From a virus (Duplodnaviria; Caudoviricetes), in IMG/VR virus record IMGVR_UViG_3300029183_000016, positions 1 through 37,071 of that record: a stretch of DNA of 37,071 nucleotides. The stretch is one strand, 5' to 3'. Position numbers and translations under genes: made by a program. The notes below the pieces were generated by a model. The model was given only the letters and a program-made list of their open reading frames with translations. It had not been told where the DNA came from and searched no databases. Numbering within the stretch: position 1 is the stretch's first letter; each line of letters opens with the position of its first letter. Shown here piece by piece: positions 1-8,901 of this stretch.

Positions 1-20
1 GTTTCCCAGTCACGATCAAC
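1..20 (+). other. Amplification primer/adapter tag (GTTTCCCAGTCACGATC + AAC); not phage sequence
   Basis: Matches the round A/B random-PCR (SISPA-type) primer GTTTCCCAGTCACGATC. The exact reverse complement is at 37052-37071. Confidence 0.9.
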
Positions 21-21
21 C

Positions 22-264
22 TTATGCTATGGGGAAACAGACTACAAAACCTTGTGTTTTGTCGATGAATCAACAGCACATGAAATTGCTGAAGATGTTG
101 GGGATCATATATGGCTTTTTGGCAATCCTAAAAATACAAATTCATCTCTTCTTGAAAGGCTTAGGACTGAAGACGTAGGTCGTGCAATGATGCATTATAA
201 AGAGGAACGTGAAGAAGCTGCTAAAAAAATTGAAGAATTGCAAAAAGAATTGGACAGGTCATGA
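22..264 (+). CDS. Hypothetical protein, 5'-truncated
   Basis: The frame of ORF 52..264 stays open back to the adapter. Its stop overlaps the next ATG (ATGA). Confidence 0.6.
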   Translation, partial: LCYGETDYKTLCFVDESTAHEIAEDVGDHIWLFGNPKNTNSSLLERLRTEDVGRAMMHYKEEREEAAKKIEELQKELDRS

Positions 265-563
265 AACTTCAAAATTCAGACCTTCCGCCAGCTTTGCCAG
301 ATGAGGTAGTTGATCAAATCTTGAATGAAATTTTTCAAGATAAATTAAGCAAAGATGATAGAAAATCATTGAGGGATCAACTCAAAAATGGATCTGTAAG
401 ATTGAATCAAAATCTTGTTGAAACATTTGTTGAAATTTCAATTGATCATCCGCATTATGCCAATGGCAAGGAAATCGCAAACGCAATAAATGAAACAATG
501 ACACGGGTTCATCATTTTATGATTGAAGCGAAATACAAAGCCCGAAAAAACAGAATTTTTTAG
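261..563 (+). CDS. Hypothetical protein
   Basis: 100-aa ORF, ATGA-coupled to the upstream gene. Confidence 0.7.
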   Translation: MKLQNSDLPPALPDEVVDQILNEIFQDKLSKDDRKSLRDQLKNGSVRLNQNLVETFVEISIDHPHYANGKEIANAINETMTRVHHFMIEAKYKARKNRIF

Positions 564-574
564 GAGAATTGAAA

Positions 575-940
575 ATGAAACAAGAATACGAAATCGACAA
601 ACGCTACCCGTGGGATGCGGAAGAGAATAGCGTGTGCCCTTTGCCTGATGGGATGAAAGTAACAATTTGGTTTGATGGTAGCACTATTGAAAATGTTATA
701 GTTACCCGTAATTCCCAAAAATTCAATTGGTCTAGGGTCACTCACTTTATGGTTCACGAATACCCAGAAGAGCCTGTAACTTTTTGGATGAATTTTTATG
801 GTAAAGATGGTTTCGGGGGTTTTAAATGCGAAGATTTAGATCAGATAAAAAGTCACGCAAGCGATAGTGTAATCACCCACGTCCAATTCGAACTCCACAA
901 CGGAAAGCTTAAAATACTGCAGCAAGTGGAGGCGGAATGA
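575..940 (+). CDS. Hypothetical phage protein
   Basis: AGGAG RBS upstream of the ATG at 575; W..CP..V..W pattern typical of small phage accessory proteins. Confidence 0.7.
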   Translation: MKQEYEIDKRYPWDAEENSVCPLPDGMKVTIWFDGSTIENVIVTRNSQKFNWSRVTHFMVHEYPEEPVTFWMNFYGKDGFGGFKCEDLDQIKSHASDSVITHVQFELHNGKLKILQQVEAE

Positions 941-1098
941 TGAATAATTACATAATAGCAACTAGTCTTAGTGTTGGATTTTGGGTGCCGTTTTTGGTAT
1001 CAGGTTTAGACCTAATTATACCGTCTTCTATGACAATTGGTGCCTATTCTACTTGCATTGCAATATCACTGGAAAAATGGTTATGGGGTTATAAATGA
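937..1098 (+). CDS. Small membrane protein (53 aa; missing from the ORF track)
   Basis: Manual translation MMNNYIIATSLSVGFWVPFLVSGLDLIIPSSMTIGAYSTCIAISLEKWLWGYK. GGAGG RBS; ATGA overlaps at both ends. Confidence 0.65.
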   Translation: MMNNYIIATSLSVGFWVPFLVSGLDLIIPSSMTIGAYSTCIAISLEKWLWGYK

Positions 1099-1580
1099 CC
1101 CGCAACACCCTCATAAAAACCGTTACAGACGCACTCACGCTGCAAGGCGACGATCCTGGAAAGCTGGCTGAATTGGCCGTGGATGCAGTGCTGGCAGCAT
1201 ATCCTGAACCGAGCGAAGAGTTTGAGGGATGGAAAAATAAAACAAGCCATCTTTTCTATACGATTACAGCAAAGGGTGATCCAGACGAAACAGTCGAAGC
1301 GATGAATTTGATAAAAGATTGTTGGGAGGACGCCTACCAAGCAGGCGCATCCCAGAAGCCCAAAGCGAAGGAATTGGTTTGGACAGACTGTTCCGATGGT
1401 GAAGTGTGGCAAACGGATACGCCCATAGGCCCTTATGTAATAGATTATTCAATAATGTCTGAAGGTTCATGTTTGCTTATATATCCCAATGGAGAAACTA
1501 AATGCTACATGAACCCAACAGTAGCCAAGGCCGCTGCTCAAGCCGATTTACAATCTATATTCGAGGAGATGATGGCATGA
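1095..1580 (+). CDS. Hypothetical phage protein
   Basis: 161-aa ORF, translationally coupled at both ends. Confidence 0.75.
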   Translation: MTRNTLIKTVTDALTLQGDDPGKLAELAVDAVLAAYPEPSEEFEGWKNKTSHLFYTITAKGDPDETVEAMNLIKDCWEDAYQAGASQKPKAKELVWTDCSDGEVWQTDTPIGPYVIDYSIMSEGSCLLIYPNGETKCYMNPTVAKAAAQADLQSIFEEMMA

Positions 1581-1582
1581 GT
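1564..1582 (+). repeat. 19-bp direct repeat AGGAGATGATGGCATGAGT, copy 1
   Basis: Identical to 1809-1827; spans the RBS and the stop/start overlap. Confidence 0.9.
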
Positions 1583-1825
1583 ATTGCAGCTAAAAAACAT
1601 GATTGTCCGACATGTACTTGCATAGAACCAATAAAGCCAATTGGAGCCTTTGGATCAAGTAAAAGCATATCTGATACATCCAACGAAAAAGTCGAAAGGC
1701 TTCAAAAAGCCGCCGAGGAATATCTGCAACAAACAAAAATGGCTATGTGTAATCACGGAAACACAATCTCATGGATTAAATCAGAAGCCGAATTAGAACA
1801 GGCTTTAAAGGAGATGATGGCATGA
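1577..1825 (+). CDS. Hypothetical protein with CPTCTC motif
   Basis: Start moved to the ATG at 1577 (RBS AGGAG, ATGA overlap). Confidence 0.7.
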   Translation: MSIAAKKHDCPTCTCIEPIKPIGAFGSSKSISDTSNEKVERLQKAAEEYLQQTKMAMCNHGNTISWIKSEAELEQALKEMMA

Positions 1826-1827
1826 GT
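1809..1827 (+). repeat. 19-bp direct repeat, copy 2
   Basis: Identical to 1564-1582. Confidence 0.9.
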
Positions 1828-2127
1828 GATACACCGAACCTTCTGCCTTGTCCGTTTTGTAAAGGTAATGATATAACTCGAAAAGGATTTCCACTTTCTG
1901 GCTGGATTGCGCAATGTGAAGATTGTGGAGCTTCTTGTGAGGGTAATAAATGGGACTCCCGCCCTACCATAAACAGGGACGCCGCGATAGGAGTTGTTTG
2001 GCGTTCCGTAAACCGCAGTGTAGATTTGAATGATATTGATAATAGACGTGCTGACATCGCGGAAGTAACAGTAGACGCCCTTATCGAAGCTGGCTTCCTA
2101 TCCCAACCAAAGGACGACACGCCATGA
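1822..2127 (+). CDS. Lar-family (restriction alleviation-like) zinc-ribbon protein
   Basis: N-terminal LLPCPFCKG...CEDCGA...W.SR pattern typical of Lar-like proteins. Confidence 0.6.
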   Translation: MSDTPNLLPCPFCKGNDITRKGFPLSGWIAQCEDCGASCEGNKWDSRPTINRDAAIGVVWRSVNRSVDLNDIDNRRADIAEVTVDALIEAGFLSQPKDDTP

Positions 2128-2339
2128 GTGATGTACGCAATTTTCGCAATACTAGTCAGTTGTGTGAATCTGCACTAAATACTACCATGAAAGAGGTGGC
2201 TGAAAATGAACGGTTACAGGCAACTTTGAAAGAATTGTCTTACCAGCAAGTAAATGTGGGGCCGCTGTTGTGTAAATCCATTGCCCGCGAAGCCCTGCAA
2301 TCCCCAGATAAAGAGGAATTGAAAACTCCCAATGGTTAA
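2124..2339 (+). CDS. Hypothetical protein
   Basis: 71-aa ORF, coupled, with AAGGA RBS. Confidence 0.65.
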   Translation: MSDVRNFRNTSQLCESALNTTMKEVAENERLQATLKELSYQQVNVGPLLCKSIAREALQSPDKEELKTPNG

Positions 2340-2556
2340 GAAATTAAGACTTCAAAATAATGAACGAAAGTTCGCAAGAAGGCTGATGGTCGGTGAATAT
2401 GATTTGAATTTAATCTCCATACAAATGGGGAAACGCTGGAATAGGCCATGGTGCAAAGAACCGCAATGGGCAGCCATAGCTTTTTATAAAGCCCTTGTGG
2501 ATTATGAACGGTGGGTTAATAGCCTGCTTGAAAAGAAACTGAAAAAGGAGAACTAA
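2332..2556 (+). CDS. Hypothetical protein
   Basis: 74-aa ORF, GAGG RBS. Confidence 0.65.
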   Translation: MVKKLRLQNNERKFARRLMVGEYDLNLISIQMGKRWNRPWCKEPQWAAIAFYKALVDYERWVNSLLEKKLKKEN

Positions 2557-2557
2557 A

Positions 2558-2905
2558 ATGAAAATATTGATAACAACTGCAATTTTGCTGACACTTTCAG
2601 TGAACACATCTGCTGCACAAAGCATAAATAACTCTGAAAGCAATTCAGGGTCAACTTCGACTTCAAATGCTCGAGCAACGCTTGATTCAAAAATTAACGT
2701 TGAAACGGGTGACACGAATGTCAACGTTAATGAAGCTGTGCAAATTGTCAATTGTGAAACTGAAAATTGTGAAGCCATTCGTATTGCACAATTGGTCCCT
2801 CAGCTTTCGGCTTTGCTGCTTGGGGTTACAGGTTGCGAAAATGGTGCAAAGATTGTGCGCATTCGTCGAGCGGCTGAATCTGATCTTGATTGGGTTTGTG
2901 ATTGA
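2558..2905 (+). CDS. Predicted secreted/periplasmic protein
   Basis: Signal-peptide-like N-terminus MKILITTAILLTLSVNTSAA; Ser/Asn-rich linker; 4 Cys; AAGGAG RBS. Confidence 0.65.
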   Translation: MKILITTAILLTLSVNTSAAQSINNSESNSGSTSTSNARATLDSKINVETGDTNVNVNEAVQIVNCETENCEAIRIAQLVPQLSALLLGVTGCENGAKIVRIRRAAESDLDWVCD

Positions 2906-2926
2906 GGCTTTTGAAAGGAACGTGAA

Positions 2927-3403
2927 ATGATCAAAGCCATTCTGACAAAATTTGCAAAAAAGGTCATGGAACGTGAACATGACTTTCAAATTGGCCCTTC
3001 GCGGAATGACCCTTACATGTTGAGATGGTGGGTCATTCCGCGTAATCCGATTTTCAACATCTATCTTCACAAGATTTTGCACGATGATGATGATAGCGCC
3101 CTGCATGATCATCCTTGGGCCAGCTTGTCGTTTATGGTTGAAGGGGAACTCGTAGAACACTATAAAGCTATTGACAGTGATTGTGCGCGCAAGCGCATAT
3201 TGAAAGCTGGACAGTGGGTTTACCGCAAGGCAAAATTCGCTCACCGCCTTCAATTGAAAAGTGATCAATGCGTGACTGTTTTCATCACTGGACCAAAAAT
3301 TCGTGACTGGGGATTTCATTGTCCTAAAGGTTGGGTTCCTTGGAGAGATTTTGTTTCGAAAACAGACAAAGGCTCAATTGGTCGAGGGTGCGGGGAGAAT
3401 TGA
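2927..3403 (+). CDS. Cupin-fold phage protein
   Basis: LH...DDD..LHDHPW....G...E and HRL...TVFITGP..RDWGF motifs of a widespread phage cupin family. Confidence 0.75.
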   Translation: MIKAILTKFAKKVMEREHDFQIGPSRNDPYMLRWWVIPRNPIFNIYLHKILHDDDDSALHDHPWASLSFMVEGELVEHYKAIDSDCARKRILKAGQWVYRKAKFAHRLQLKSDQCVTVFITGPKIRDWGFHCPKGWVPWRDFVSKTDKGSIGRGCGEN

Positions 3404-3405
3404 AT

Positions 3406-3519
3406 ATGTCAAATGAAACTAAAATTATGTTGCAATATATCGCTGATACATTTGAACAGCGAGTTGATGAAATCAACAAAGAAATAGAAATCTTGAGGGA
3501 GCGTTGTGAGAATTTATGA
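3406..3519 (+). CDS. Small coiled-coil hypothetical protein
   Basis: GGGGAG RBS before the ATG at 3406; coupled to the next gene. Confidence 0.55.
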   Translation: MSNETKIMLQYIADTFEQRVDEINKEIEILRERCENL

Positions 3520-3722
3520 AAAGATTTCTGAAATCTATCAAGCATGGCTCTGTTTTTGATATCTCAAGCGGACAATGGGCCAATTGCACTGATATTGTTT
3601 GGAGCTTTGAGGGTAAACTTTCTTCAAGCAGGTATTATGGACATTTGACAAAAGAACAATGCAACCAAAAAGCTGCAAGAATCGAAAAACAAATTTCTGA
3701 AAGGAGAAAATTATTAAGATGA
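3516..3722 (+). CDS. Hypothetical protein
   Basis: 68-aa ORF with ATGA overlaps. Confidence 0.6.
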   Translation: MKRFLKSIKHGSVFDISSGQWANCTDIVWSFEGKLSSSRYYGHLTKEQCNQKAARIEKQISERRKLLR

Positions 3723-3901
3723 TAACTGATTATAGGATTTTTGAAAGCAATGACAGAATTGAACTTTGTGAAAGGGTGAAAGAACACATTGAATTGGGGT
3801 GGCAACCTCAAGGCGGGGTAAATGTTGTCATGGTTCCTGGAGGCATTTTAGGTCCTGATAGAGAATATTCTCAGGCGATGGTAAAAATTGGAGAGTTTTG
3901 A
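3719..3901 (+). CDS. DUF1737-like protein
   Basis: Y.I......L...V...I..GWQPQGGV......Y.QAMVK signature. Confidence 0.7.
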   Translation: MITDYRIFESNDRIELCERVKEHIELGWQPQGGVNVVMVPGGILGPDREYSQAMVKIGEF

Positions 3902-4197
3902 TGACAGTTTATGTTGATGATATGTATAAATCTGAAATTGGCAAGTTCGGGCGTATGAAAATGAGCCACATGATGGCTGATACACATTCTGAATTGATTG
4001 ATATGACAAATAAGATTGGGGTTAATGAAAAATGGATCCAGAATGAAGGAAGGCCAGACGAACACTTTGATATTTGTTTTGGGAAGCGCCTAAAAGCAGT
4101 GGAACTCGGGGCTGTTGAATTGACGATGCGCGAAATGGCAAAAATGAATATGGCACGAAGGAAGGCAGCAGTCGATGAAAAAATGGCTGAAAGGTGA
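3898..4197 (+). CDS. DUF4031-family protein
   Basis: MTVYVDD...HMMADT..EL...IG...WIQ....HFDI...R..A...GAVE signature. Confidence 0.8.
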   Translation: MMTVYVDDMYKSEIGKFGRMKMSHMMADTHSELIDMTNKIGVNEKWIQNEGRPDEHFDICFGKRLKAVELGAVELTMREMAKMNMARRKAAVDEKMAER

Positions 4198-4203
4198 AAA
4201 ACC

Positions 4204-4405
4204 TAAGTCATTGAAAACAAAGGGAACGGACTTTCGTTTTTCGGAATTCCAAACAGTTTCACCGTTTAGGGGGTTTTTATATCTTCTCTCTTTTCTTTAT
4301 AATAAAAATAACACAAAAACGAGAGAGTATAAAAAAGGGCTAAAGGGTGGAATAGTAAAAAAATCCGAAAATGGAAAGTGGGAATCGTTTGAAAACAACA
4401 ACTTA
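4204..4405. repeat. Imperfect palindromic element, copy 1, with flanking IHF-like sites
   Basis: Outer inverted repeat 4230-4245 / 4364-4379 (14 of 16 match). Core TATAATAAAAATAACACAAAAA at 4298-4319 is identical to 33616-33637. IHF-like TAAGTCATTGAAA at 4204-4216 and AAACAACAACTTA at 4393-4405. Confidence 0.85.
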
Positions 4406-4423
4406 ACTTTTTAAGGAATTGAT

Positions 4424-4852
4424 ATGAATGGCATGAAAGTGGTGAAAAAGACTGAAAGAGCCTATCAAAAGGCTTTTTTGAACGATTATCATGGTTGGGC
4501 TGAAGGTTTTCATCCTGCCTTGGGTTCTCAAACTGGTATTCCTGACACTATGTTTTTGAAAAATGGTGTTCTCATTCCAATTGAATTGAAAATTGGTGAA
4601 TTTGTTAAAGGCAAATTGGTTGTCAATGATATCCGACCTGCTCAAATAAGATGGGCAAAGAAGTTTAAATTGTTTGGAGGGAAATCAGGATTTGTTTGTG
4701 GGGTTCCTTTATTGAATGATTTTTGGGCTACGTTTTTGTTGCCTTTTGATAAGGTGGTTTCTGCTGAAAATCCATTTGATCTTGATGATTGTTGTCATAT
4801 TCCAAATTATGATTTTTTGTTTGACAAAATTTTAGGGGTTTCCAAATTGTGA
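4424..4852 (+). CDS. VRR-NUC / Holliday-junction-resolvase-like PD-(D/E)XK nuclease
   Basis: E...GIPD......IELK...IRPAQIRW....GG motif; position just upstream of the terminase genes. Confidence 0.7.
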   Translation: MNGMKVVKKTERAYQKAFLNDYHGWAEGFHPALGSQTGIPDTMFLKNGVLIPIELKIGEFVKGKLVVNDIRPAQIRWAKKFKLFGGKSGFVCGVPLLNDFWATFLLPFDKVVSAENPFDLDDCCHIPNYDFLFDKILGVSKL

Positions 4853-4893
4853 TAAATCAGCGATAAAAGTCAAAATATTTTTTGAGGCTGGTT

Positions 4894-5451
4894 ATGTCAA
4901 ATCCAGATTGTGAAGCCAAGAAGCCAAGAGTTGCAAAACAACTTTGGGAAATAAGCAATCCTTTTGGAGCTCCACGAAAATTTGATACAGCTGAAGAATT
5001 GTGGGAAGCTTGCTTGGGATACTTTGAATGGGTTAAAGAAAATCCATTGCTTGAAGGAAAAGTGTTTAATGGTAAGAATGGAATCGTAAAAACTGAAATG
5101 GATAAAATGCGTGCCATGACAATTGGTGGCATGTGTGTTTTTATTAATGTTGATGAGGTCACTTGGAGGAAATGGCGGAAAGAGCGTCCAGAATTATCTT
5201 CGATCATCAAAAAAGTTGAAAATATAATATTTGAGCAGAAGTTCACTGGAGCAGCAGCAGATTTGCTTAATTCAAATATTATAGCTCGTGATCTTGGACT
5301 TTCTGACAAGAAAACTCTTGAAGGTCCGAACGGTGGACCAGTGTCAGTTCTGACTGCTTCAATGACAACTGAAGAAAAAGCAGCAGCTTTCCACCAAATG
5401 ATTTCTGGTGAGACCTCAATATCAGAAAGTGATGAAAACGAAGATGGTTGA
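4894..5451 (+). CDS. terS: Terminase small subunit (P22 gp3-like)
   Basis: P..F...EELW.AC..YFEW, RAMTI.G.C.F, KF.GAAA.LLN.NIIARDLGL motifs; GAGG RBS before the ATG at 4894. Confidence 0.9.
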   Translation: MSNPDCEAKKPRVAKQLWEISNPFGAPRKFDTAEELWEACLGYFEWVKENPLLEGKVFNGKNGIVKTEMDKMRAMTIGGMCVFINVDEVTWRKWRKERPELSSIIKKVENIIFEQKFTGAAADLLNSNIIARDLGLSDKKTLEGPNGGPVSVLTASMTTEEKAAAFHQMISGETSISESDENEDG

Positions 5452-7117
5452 TCTTTCGCCAAAATCATTTGATGCTAAATCATGGCCCCCAGATTACGAC
5501 GCAGAATTTATGCGCCGTTTCAATGTTCTGAAGGCAACAAGACAAAGACCAGATTTAGCGATAGCTTATTATTCTGAACGGCCAGTCGAATTCATCAACG
5601 ATTGGTGTTTCACATTTGACCCCCGCAAATCAGGCTCGGGACTTCCTGCCACTCTCCCTTTCAGGTTGTTTCAGCGCCAAGAAGAATTATGCAGATTTTT
5701 TCTTCAATTGATTGATAATCAGTGTGCGGGTCTCGTTGAGAAATGTAGAGACATGGGCGCAACTTGGACAGCTGTCGCCTTTTCCGTTTGGCTCTGGAGG
5801 TTCCGTTCAGGAGCCTCCATTGGTTTCGGCTCTCGGAAAGAGATGCTTGTTGATCGTCTTGGAGACATGGACAGTATATTTGAAAAAATAAGATTTACGG
5901 TCAAAAATCTTCCTTCAGAACTTTTACCAATTGGTTATAATCCAAGAGAGCATTCATCTTTTATGAAATTGATAAATCCTGAGAATGAAAGTTCCATAAC
6001 AGGTGAAGCTGGCGACAGTATTGGTCGCGGTGGACGTAAGTTGATTTATTTTAAAGATGAATCAGCCCATTATGAACGGCCAGAAGTTGTTGAAGCTTCA
6101 TTGATGGACAATACAAATATCCAAGTTGACATAAGCTCAGTGAATGGAACAGGAAACGTTTTTCATCGCCGAAGAATGAATGGTGAATTGTGGAAAGGTG
6201 AGATTGAAGATCCAAAAAGAACTCAAGTTTTCATAATGGATTGGCGAGATCACCCAGATAAAGATGAGGAATGGCATAAGGCTCGTAGGCAAAAGGCTGA
6301 AGATGATGGTTTGATTGCTGAATTTGAGCAAGAAGTTGAGCGAAATTATTCAAGCTCTGTTCTTGGTACAGTAATCAAAGCAGAATGGATTGAAGCAGCA
6401 ATAGGCTTGGCAGAGGACTTTGAATTAGACGTTTCAGGAAAGCGCATCAGCGGACTTGATGTTGCTGATGATGGAATTTCTGGTGATAAGAATGCTCAAG
6501 CAATGGTTGAAGGTCTTGAATTGAAATGGGTCGAAAGTTGGGGTCAAATTGACACAGGAGAAACTGCAAACAAGTCATATTCAAATTGTCTTGAAAAAGG
6601 TTACATGGAAATTCATTATGATTCTATTGGTGTTGGGTCTGGGGTAAAATCTCAATATAATGCTTTAGGTAAACGTGGTGAATTGGTATCTGGCTTTACT
6701 GTTGTTCCTTGGGTTGCTTCTGGTGCTGTTGAAGATCCTTGGGAATTTGTTGATGAACCTGATGCTGATGATGATGCGAATTATCAGGGGCCAAAGAATG
6801 GTGAATTCTTTGCAAACTTCAAAGCCCAGAAATGGTGGAGAACTCGTAAACGTTTTCATGAAGCTTGGAAGTGTAGACAAGGTTTAGACTTTGATTCTGA
6901 AAATGTTATTTCGATATCTCGTGATATACCAGAAGCTCAACGAAGAGAGATCGTTGCAGAATTGTCCCAACCAACACGGGAAGAGACAACAGCTGGTAAA
7001 ATGAAGATAAATAAAGCTCCAAACGGAGCACGATCTCCAAATGTTGGTGATGCAATTGTTATAGCCCTTAACCCAGCAGAGCATGAATCTGCTTTGACAG
7101 AAGAGGTAAATCTATAA
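5444..7117 (+). CDS. terL: Terminase large subunit
   Basis: KCRDMGATW Walker-A variant, DESAH Walker B, GLDVADDG..DKNA nuclease motif, SPNVGDA C-terminal motif; follows TerS. The start could alternatively be 5408. Confidence 0.9.
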   Translation: MVDLSPKSFDAKSWPPDYDAEFMRRFNVLKATRQRPDLAIAYYSERPVEFINDWCFTFDPRKSGSGLPATLPFRLFQRQEELCRFFLQLIDNQCAGLVEKCRDMGATWTAVAFSVWLWRFRSGASIGFGSRKEMLVDRLGDMDSIFEKIRFTVKNLPSELLPIGYNPREHSSFMKLINPENESSITGEAGDSIGRGGRKLIYFKDESAHYERPEVVEASLMDNTNIQVDISSVNGTGNVFHRRRMNGELWKGEIEDPKRTQVFIMDWRDHPDKDEEWHKARRQKAEDDGLIAEFEQEVERNYSSSVLGTVIKAEWIEAAIGLAEDFELDVSGKRISGLDVADDGISGDKNAQAMVEGLELKWVESWGQIDTGETANKSYSNCLEKGYMEIHYDSIGVGSGVKSQYNALGKRGELVSGFTVVPWVASGAVEDPWEFVDEPDADDDANYQGPKNGEFFANFKAQKWWRTRKRFHEAWKCRQGLDFDSENVISISRDIPEAQRREIVAELSQPTREETTAGKMKINKAPNGARSPNVGDAIVIALNPAEHESALTEEVNL

Positions 7118-8535
7118 TGCCAAAAGGAGCAATAGCCCCAGATTCAATAGCCAAAAGAAAAGAACCAACAAAAGGGTTCGACAAGAAATTGTCAAAGTCA
7201 AGAACTCTCATGGGCGGTACAGAAGCTATGCGAGAAGCTGGGAAGCTTTATTTACCTCAGTTTGAAGGTGAGAGTGATAAACATTACAATCTCCGTAAGC
7301 AAATGAGTTATCTGTTTAATGGATTTCGCAAAACAGTTTTTGATATGTCAGGTAGAGTATTCGAACAGCCGACAAATGTATCTGATGACGCTTCTGAAGC
7401 CTTTATCGAATGGGCAAAAGATATTGATATGGAAGGTCGTGATCTTTCAACATTTGCAAAAACTGTTTTTGAGAATGGCCTTCAATCAGGCATTGAATTT
7501 TTGCTCGTTGATGCCCCGCCTGCAGTTGAAGGTGAAACTCAGGCCCAAGCTGATTCTGAAAACAGACGTCCGTACATAATTCACATAAAACCTGAGCAAG
7601 TTATCGATTGTAAGAAAGGACGAATTAAAAATAAGGCAGCTTTGGTTCATTTTAGATTCAAAGAAGTAATTCAAGTCAAAAAGGATGAATTTTCTTCAAA
7701 ATCTGTTGATCAAATACGAACTTTTGATATCGTCGAAGAAACTGAAAAAGTCCTTGTGAGAACATATCAAGAAAACAAACAAGGAAAATGGGAGCAGGTT
7801 GATGATGATTTGTTCACTGGTCTTTCTGAAATCACAATCATTCCGTTTTATTGCAACAGAACAGATTATTTCAAAGGTGAACCACCGTTGGAAGACCTTT
7901 CTGATTTGAACATTGCACATTGGCAGTCTCAAAGTGACCAGCGCAACATTCTTCATTTTGTTCGTGTTCCGATTTTATTTGCAAGGGGCCTTCCTGCAAA
8001 AACGACTTTGAAAATATCAGCTGCATCATTGACCAAGGCTTCTTCAGAAAAAGCTGATTTGAAATTTGTTGAGCACACAGGCTCATCAATATCAGCGGGT
8101 CAAAAAGACCTTGAGCACCTTGAGTTTCAAATGGAAACGATGGGTCTTCAATTGATAGTTTCTAAAAAAGGGCCACAAACTGCAACAGGTGAGAACAGGA
8201 ATGAAAAGAAAGAAACATCAAGGCTTTCTGCGATGGCCGACAGCCTCCAAGACGCGCTTGAAAAGTGCTTTGTGTGGATGGGTGAATATGGCGCGCAAGA
8301 ATTTGATGGCACAATCAAAGTGTTCAAAGATTTCGCAGCGGGTTCGATTTCATCAGAAGTTCTGAGCACTTTGATTCAGTCTGTTATGAATGGGAAGATT
8401 TCAAAACGGACATTCTGGAAAGAAATGGTTCGTCATGGAATTTTGGGTGAGGATTTTGACCCAGAAGTTGAGGATGTTCTTTTGAGTGATGAGATTGAAG
8501 ACATTGATGGGATGATCCAAGGAGAGGACGAATAG
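7117..8535 (+). CDS. Portal protein (DUF4055-type)
   Basis: MGGTEAMREAG..YLP...E....Y..R and PPL.DL..LNIAHWQSQSD motifs; follows TerL. Confidence 0.88.
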   Translation: MPKGAIAPDSIAKRKEPTKGFDKKLSKSRTLMGGTEAMREAGKLYLPQFEGESDKHYNLRKQMSYLFNGFRKTVFDMSGRVFEQPTNVSDDASEAFIEWAKDIDMEGRDLSTFAKTVFENGLQSGIEFLLVDAPPAVEGETQAQADSENRRPYIIHIKPEQVIDCKKGRIKNKAALVHFRFKEVIQVKKDEFSSKSVDQIRTFDIVEETEKVLVRTYQENKQGKWEQVDDDLFTGLSEITIIPFYCNRTDYFKGEPPLEDLSDLNIAHWQSQSDQRNILHFVRVPILFARGLPAKTTLKISAASLTKASSEKADLKFVEHTGSSISAGQKDLEHLEFQMETMGLQLIVSKKGPQTATGENRNEKKETSRLSAMADSLQDALEKCFVWMGEYGAQEFDGTIKVFKDFAAGSISSEVLSTLIQSVMNGKISKRTFWKEMVRHGILGEDFDPEVEDVLLSDEIEDIDGMIQGEDE

Positions 8536-8901
8536 ATGAGCAGTTCAAAAACTAGGAAGCTTCCCCCAAGATTTGATTTTTCTATTTTCCGAGGGGCAAG
8601 TGGTGTTGTAGGTAATTCTGGTGGAATTGAAATTCAATATGAAGTTGATAGTGTGAATGAAAATTTCTCTTTGGGAGAAGTTGTTTGTGAATCTTCTCTG
8701 TTTGACGATAAGACAGTTGCGAATTCAGGTGTTGTTCTTTCAAACAGCAATGAAACTGCAACCATTCCATTCACAACAGCCGAAACTAGCGGATTTCAAG
8801 TTGGGGAATATGAATTCGCAATTTTTGTTGTGAATGGAACTTCTAAAAATCCAATTCTTCATGGAATGCTTCATGTGTTGAAGGGTTTCCCGAATGTCTG
8901 A
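8536..8901 (+). CDS. Putative virion protein, beta-rich adaptor/BppU-N-like
   Basis: FDFSIFRGA N-terminus and T..ETS....GEYEF.I.......ILHG.L pattern, reminiscent of fibre-anchoring domains. Confidence 0.45.
   Translation: MSSSKTRKLPPRFDFSIFRGASGVVGNSGGIEIQYEVDSVNENFSLGEVVCESSLFDDKTVANSGVVLSNSNETATIPFTTAETSGFQVGEYEFAIFVVNGTSKNPILHGMLHVLKGFPNV

Noticed and set aside
4175-4414. 79-aa ORF spanning palindrome copy 1
   Set aside because: Low-complexity translation of a repeat element whose second copy differs by indels; probably non-coding.
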